Origin: Bacillota bacterium
Lineage (GTDB): Bacteria > Bacillota > Sulfobacillia > JAMDAP01 > JAJYMS01
Reading direction: 5' to 3'
Assembly (NCBI GenBank): GCA_041695105.1
Contig: JBGFRN010000305.1
Location: forward strand, 1-34,445
DNA: 34,445 bases
Part shown: positions 31,672 through 34,445 of the stretch, one piece after another
Layout of the letters: every line of letters starts with the position of its first letter
Numbering within the stretch: position 1 is the stretch's first letter
Notes under the pieces: generated by a model
Database searches by the model: none
Seen by the model: only the letters and a program-made list of their open reading frames with translations
What the model was told of the DNA's origin: nothing
Program-made: the position numbers and the translations under genes

Positions 31672-32088
31672 GGCTACAGCTTTCAGACCGTATGGAAGTG
31701 CCGGCATGACCTCATGTATAACAACGTCCTGAAGCACCTTCGGGACTCTTCCATGGTCAGGGTCAGCCGAGACAATCCGGCCCAGCAGGGTTTTTCCCGA
31801 GTCTGGTACTCCCTGAATGACGACCCGAACGGGGGAGCCGTCCCGGCCGATCGCGACTATGATCGAGAGCTAGCGAAAGCACACTGAGTCAGCGGTTTGG
31901 GATGCCCAAAAGTTTCTGGCCGCCCTCGGTAAAGTTATTCACAACGACCTCTAAGCTCGGTTACAGGAAAAGCAACCCATTATATAGAAATAGATGGGCG
32001 GACTCGAAAGAGTCTCCAGACCGGGCTTACCCCCTCCCGTGGGGCCGTGCGGTTCCGGGTGACACCGGAAACGAGAGGGGGTGGTCGG

Positions 32089-32184
32089 ATGGTTGAGCTC
32101 ACTGTCACAGTCAAGGTGGCCGCGGCGGTGGTCATCCCGATTGTCGGCATCGTTGTCGTCAATCTGCTGAGAAAAAAGAGATGA
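32089..32184 (+). CDS. 31-aa hydrophobic peptide with a basic tail (MVELTVTVKVAAAVVIPIVGIVVVNLLRKKR): type I toxin candidate
   Basis: ATG is preceded by GAGGGGGTGG. It has one predicted TM helix plus an RKKR C-terminus. The SD sequence can pair with ACCCCCTC at 32029-32036. The ORF is below the length cut-off of the ORF track. Confidence 0.45.
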   Translation: MVELTVTVKVAAAVVIPIVGIVVVNLLRKKR

Positions 32185-32210
32185 CGGGCCTCTACCAAAG
32201 GCCCGTCATC
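32180..32210 (-). terminator. 11-bp stem hairpin with a T-run on the minus strand only
   Basis: gatgacgggcc-tctaccaaa-ggcccgtcatc. The minus-strand 3' flank is TCTTTTTTCTC, and the plus-strand 3' flank has no T-run. Confidence 0.5.
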
Positions 32211-32255
32211 GCGTGAAGGTCTACCATTAGCGCCCGGAACTTGCACGGCCCAGGG

Positions 32256-32291
32256 AAGACGCCTGTTCGCAGCAGGCGTCTTTCTGTTTTT
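32256..32291 (+). terminator. Rho-independent terminator (plus strand) for the small-ORF transcript
   Basis: aagacgcctg-ttcgcag-caggcgtctt followed by TCTGTTTTT. Confidence 0.6.
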
Positions 32292-32316
32292 AAGCCGTCA
32301 AGCTTTATCGCATTTG

Positions 32317-32343
32317 TATGACACGAGTCATACTCGTGTCATA
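32317..32343. repeat. Perfect 12-3-12 palindrome TATGACACGAGT-cat-ACTCGTGTCATA
   Basis: Read directly from the sequence. It lies at the predicted start of the antisense transcript. Confidence 0.85.
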
Positions 32344-32987
32344 CTCAATTTAGCATGGTTGAATGCAACCAGTCAATGTCTTGTCAAGGCCGATAAGCTT
32401 ATTCGATATTTACCCCATAAGCCAATTATTTATTCTAGGGCCTGGGGCAGACACCCTTCCTGGGAGGTGAGGTGTTTCAAGTGAACCACTTTCCAGCCGT
32501 CGCCCGAGATCTTTTAGACAAGTCCACAGGGAGCCGCGGTACGATTCGGGCAGGCTGGCAACAGCCTTCGGGCAGGGCATACCTCCTCGCCGGGTTGCAC
32601 CACGCGGTTTCGGGACTACCGAAACGGAAGGGTGCATAGGTCGAGTTCAAGATTTCTGTGAAGGTGGCCACCGCAACGGCCATTATGATCGCAACTGCTG
32701 TTCAGTATCTCTTGCGGCCAAAAGATAGCAGGCCCTTAGTGTGGAGTCTCAATTCCCGTGAATTCCATTCTCTGCCCGTTGCACTGTTCCTCAAAGGTGC
32801 CTGTTCGCGCACCAAGCGTTTTGGTCATGTCCCGGGAAGTGGTGTAAATTCGGTGGACCCTCTATCACTAACCAGCTCGGGGACACCGTCTGGATGAACA
32901 TCGACCCGAACGTCGGCGTCATCACCCGCCTGGCCAAGCCGCTCGGCTCGGCGGTGGACTACCTACGACTTCCTCAACCGGCTCAAG

Positions 32988-33410
32988 ATGGCCGCCTTCC
33001 GGGTGGATGTGACCGAACGGGTCACCCTTTACTTCGGAAACCCCAACGCCACCGGGGTCGTTCCGGTCAGGCGACCCAAGCCGGCGGCAGCCGAGATGAT
33101 CCCGTATTTGGTCGAGCAGCTCAAGGACGGCCAAGGCTTGGGATGGATTGTTCCCAAGGAGGCCCGGCTCATCTCTTACCGCCGGGAGGGCGATCTTCTG
33201 GTACTGGATTTCTCGCGTGAATTCCAGACCAAAGCCCCCGGAGGAACCGCCGGGGAGTCGATCATGATCGCCGGCATAGCCAACACCTTTACCGAGTTGC
33301 CATACGTCAAACGGGTGCTGATCCTGGTTGAGGGCAAGCCGCTGGAAACCGGGCATAACATTTACGATGAGCCACTGCGGCGCAATGAGGGACGGATTAT
33401 CAAAGAATAA
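32988..33410 (+). pseudogene. 5'-truncated second copy of the GerMN domain gene (no signal peptide, no RBS)
   Basis: The 140-aa ORF differs from residues 47-182 of the upstream copy at 6 positions. Homology starts abruptly near 32994-33000. No SD sequence precedes the ATG. Confidence 0.6.
33000..33410 (+). repeat. Direct repeat copy B
   Basis: See copy A (31261-31671). Confidence 0.9.
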
Positions 33411-33522
33411 GGCCGGGCAATAACACCCGAGTTCGACAGTGACTTGTCCTCCCGTGCAGTAATGACAAGGATTCTCGGGGGGTCATCCATCGATCAACAT
33501 AAATGGTCACCAACCAGGCGAA

Positions 33523-33759
33523 TCACGCCGGTCCGATCACGACCCTCCAGCGGTTAGCCATAAGCCATGAACGCGCCACGGGCGCCCCGACCCTGACCAG
33601 AATCAGTGCGTAAATTTCGGCCACCAAGAAGTTGGTCAGCATGGGTTCAAAACCAGCCTCTTGGATCATCTTCATAGCGGCTTTGGCCGCCAGATGATTC
33701 CTGGCCCCCCGGTTGAGGTATTCATAGAGGCCGCTGGTATCCACCAGGACCACTTTCAC
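33523..33759 (-). pseudogene. PIN-domain (VapC-like) toxin, C-terminally truncated
   Basis: 78 aa beginning VVLVDTSGL..., which carries the first PIN acidic residue. It ends after ~60% of a normal PIN domain, before the distal conserved Asp residues. Its GTG overlaps the antitoxin stop (GTGA). Confidence 0.6.
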
Positions 33760-34043
33760 CGTTTGCTATCCTCCCCAAGTGGTTCTTCGGCTGAATGTTC
33801 GCGGATCAGATAAGCGTCGTGACTGACTCCAACATCCGAGGCATCGTTAATCACGCCGGCCAAATCCCAGATGGGATCATCCTGGCCGAGAGCCTTAAAC
33901 GGCTCAACCTTCTTAAGTACGATTTCTTCCCCGTTAAGAAATATGGCCAGGTGGGCTCCTTTATTTAGCTTGAGCTTTTCCCGTATCGGCTTGGGCAGAG
34001 TCATCTGTCCTTTGCTGGTCAGCTTGATAATCTCGTATGACAT
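33756..34043 (-). CDS. AbrB/SpoVT-domain antitoxin (VapB/MazE-like)
   Basis: 95 aa. The N-terminus KLTSKGQMTLPKPIREKLKLNKGAHL matches a SpoVT-AbrB swapped hairpin. It has an acidic C-terminus and overlaps the PIN gene by 4 nt. Confidence 0.75.
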   Translation of the reverse strand: MSYEIIKLTSKGQMTLPKPIREKLKLNKGAHLAIFLNGEEIVLKKVEPFKALGQDDPIWDLAGVINDASDVGVSHDAYLIREHSAEEPLGEDSKR

Positions 34044-34152
34044 GACTGCAAAGTTTCCTTTCTTACCTGTAAGCTATCCTTACTGCAACTATATCGTAGA
34101 CGTCTGGAGTCAACAAGCTCCAAACAGGCCCCGCTTTAGAAGTATGGGGGAG

Positions 34153-34209
34153 CCCGAGGGGGCTGTAATCCCTCCGACTTCAGTCGGGGGATACACGGAC
34201 CCCCTCGGG
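34153..34209. other. Nested GC-rich hairpin: 10-bp outer stem CCCGAGGGGG/CCCCCTCGGG enclosing an 8-bp stem CCTCCGAC-ttca-GTCGGGGG
   Basis: Read directly from the sequence. It lies 146 nt upstream of the ATG at 34355. Confidence 0.6.
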
Positions 34210-34233
34210 AATTTTCGTTCGCGGCAATGCTCG

Positions 34234-34267
34234 CTTAATCAAGAAATGCGCTTGATCAAGAAATGCG
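34234..34267. repeat. 17-bp tandem repeat CTT(A/G)ATCAAGAAATGCG x2, plus a degenerate third unit to ~34280
   Basis: Read directly from the sequence. The second unit contains the palindrome TTGATCAA. Confidence 0.85.
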
Positions 34268-34354
34268 CGCTCTCAAGACAGGAAAAACGTATCGGATTGG
34301 AGAATGATCGAACAGATGTGCGACCTGATGGGAGGCTGGAGGTGAACCGGAATC

Positions 34355-34445
34355 ATGCCCATGTTGACGCTGAAAGCCAAACTCATTGGGAACGAACCAG
34401 CACGGGCCGTTCTTCTTGACGCCATGCTCTGCGCCACCAAGGTCT
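34355..34445 (+). CDS. 5' end of an ORF running off the window; the N-terminus resembles IS200/IS605-family TnpB (IS891/IS1341-type OrfB)
   Basis: A GGAGGTG RBS lies 10 nt upstream. MPMLTLKAKLIGNEPARAVLLDAMLCATKV resembles the TnpB start pattern ML.L.AKL.G...Q...L..a......N. Only 30 codons are visible. Confidence 0.3.
   Translation, partial: MPMLTLKAKLIGNEPARAVLLDAMLCATKV

Larger units (their letters stand above)
32170..32340 (-). ncRNA. Candidate antisense (antitoxin) sRNA convergent with the small hydrophobic ORF
   Basis: A minus-strand promoter TTGACT (32376-32371)-18 nt-TGcTAAATT (-10 at 32352-32347) lies upstream. A 5' 12-bp palindrome, an internal hairpin, and a terminal 11-bp hairpin followed by TCTTTTTTCTC follow. 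The terminal hairpin overlaps the ORF stop codon. Confidence 0.3.

Noticed and set aside
31714-31887. 57-aa ORF as a real gene, or as a TnpB C-terminal remnant (ADRDYDRELAKAH versus DRD.NAA.NI)
   Set aside because: It has no SD, no Cys zinc-finger remnant, and the resemblance is too weak. It is kept only as part of the mosaic description.
32636-32660. tRNA/tmRNA-like T-arm (GAGTTCAAGAT)
   Set aside because: The flanking bases cannot form a T stem or an acceptor stem, and no cloverleaf can be drawn.
32830-32960. Calling an rve/DDE transposase pseudogene on the minus strand
   Set aside because: Only a ~15-residue stretch (GVPELVSDRGSTEF) is suggestive. The fragment is 45 codons with stops on both sides, and the opposite strand reads equally protein-like. 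It is mentioned as a hint only.
34234-34280. Possible CRISPR-like repeats
   Set aside because: The 17-bp units are directly adjacent without spacers, and there are only 2-3 copies. No array or cas genes are present in the window.

Overview
High-GC (~60%) bacterial chromosome segment with Firmicutes/Clostridia-like features: GGAGG-type ribosome-binding sites (RBS), frequent GTG/TTG starts, a GerMN lipoprotein, and pcrA-ligA and gatCAB housekeeping genes. Almost all genes are on the minus strand. In window order: (1) gatB (partial), gatA and gatC. (2) An ~11 kb operon with no regulator gene. It encodes a PrpF-family isomerase, a TctC binding protein, a fused TctA-TctB permease, an isocitrate/isopropylmalate-family dehydrogenase, a TcuA-like FAD dehydrogenase, EtfB, EtfA, and a NarI/HdrD-type membrane Fe-S oxidoreductase. 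I read this as a tricarboxylate-type oxidation module feeding electrons through ETF into the membrane, and it is the most system-like novelty candidate here. (3) A small DUF3870-like gene, then arginase immediately downstream of a five-gene Opp/Dpp-type peptide ABC transporter. (4) A metal/redox island: a cytochrome c fusion protein divergent from csoR and a P1B-type ATPase, then a convergent arsR (CmtR-like Cys pattern), a glutaredoxin-like gene with an in-frame TGA exactly at the first Cys of the CxxC motif (selenocysteine candidate with a downstream hairpin), and a tandem zinc-ribbon protein. (5) ligA and pcrA. (6) A scarred accessory region. A GerMN lipoprotein gene has its last 411 nt repeated 1739 nt downstream (32 substitutions, no indels). 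The repeats flank a candidate type I toxin-antitoxin locus (31-aa hydrophobic peptide plus a convergent antisense RNA) and short gene fragments. Next come an AbrB-type antitoxin with a truncated PIN toxin, a nested hairpin, 17-bp tandem repeats, and the first 30 codons of a possible TnpB-like ORF at the window edge. I found no rRNA, tRNA or CRISPR array. All functional calls come from reading the translated sequences and motifs by eye; no database search was run.
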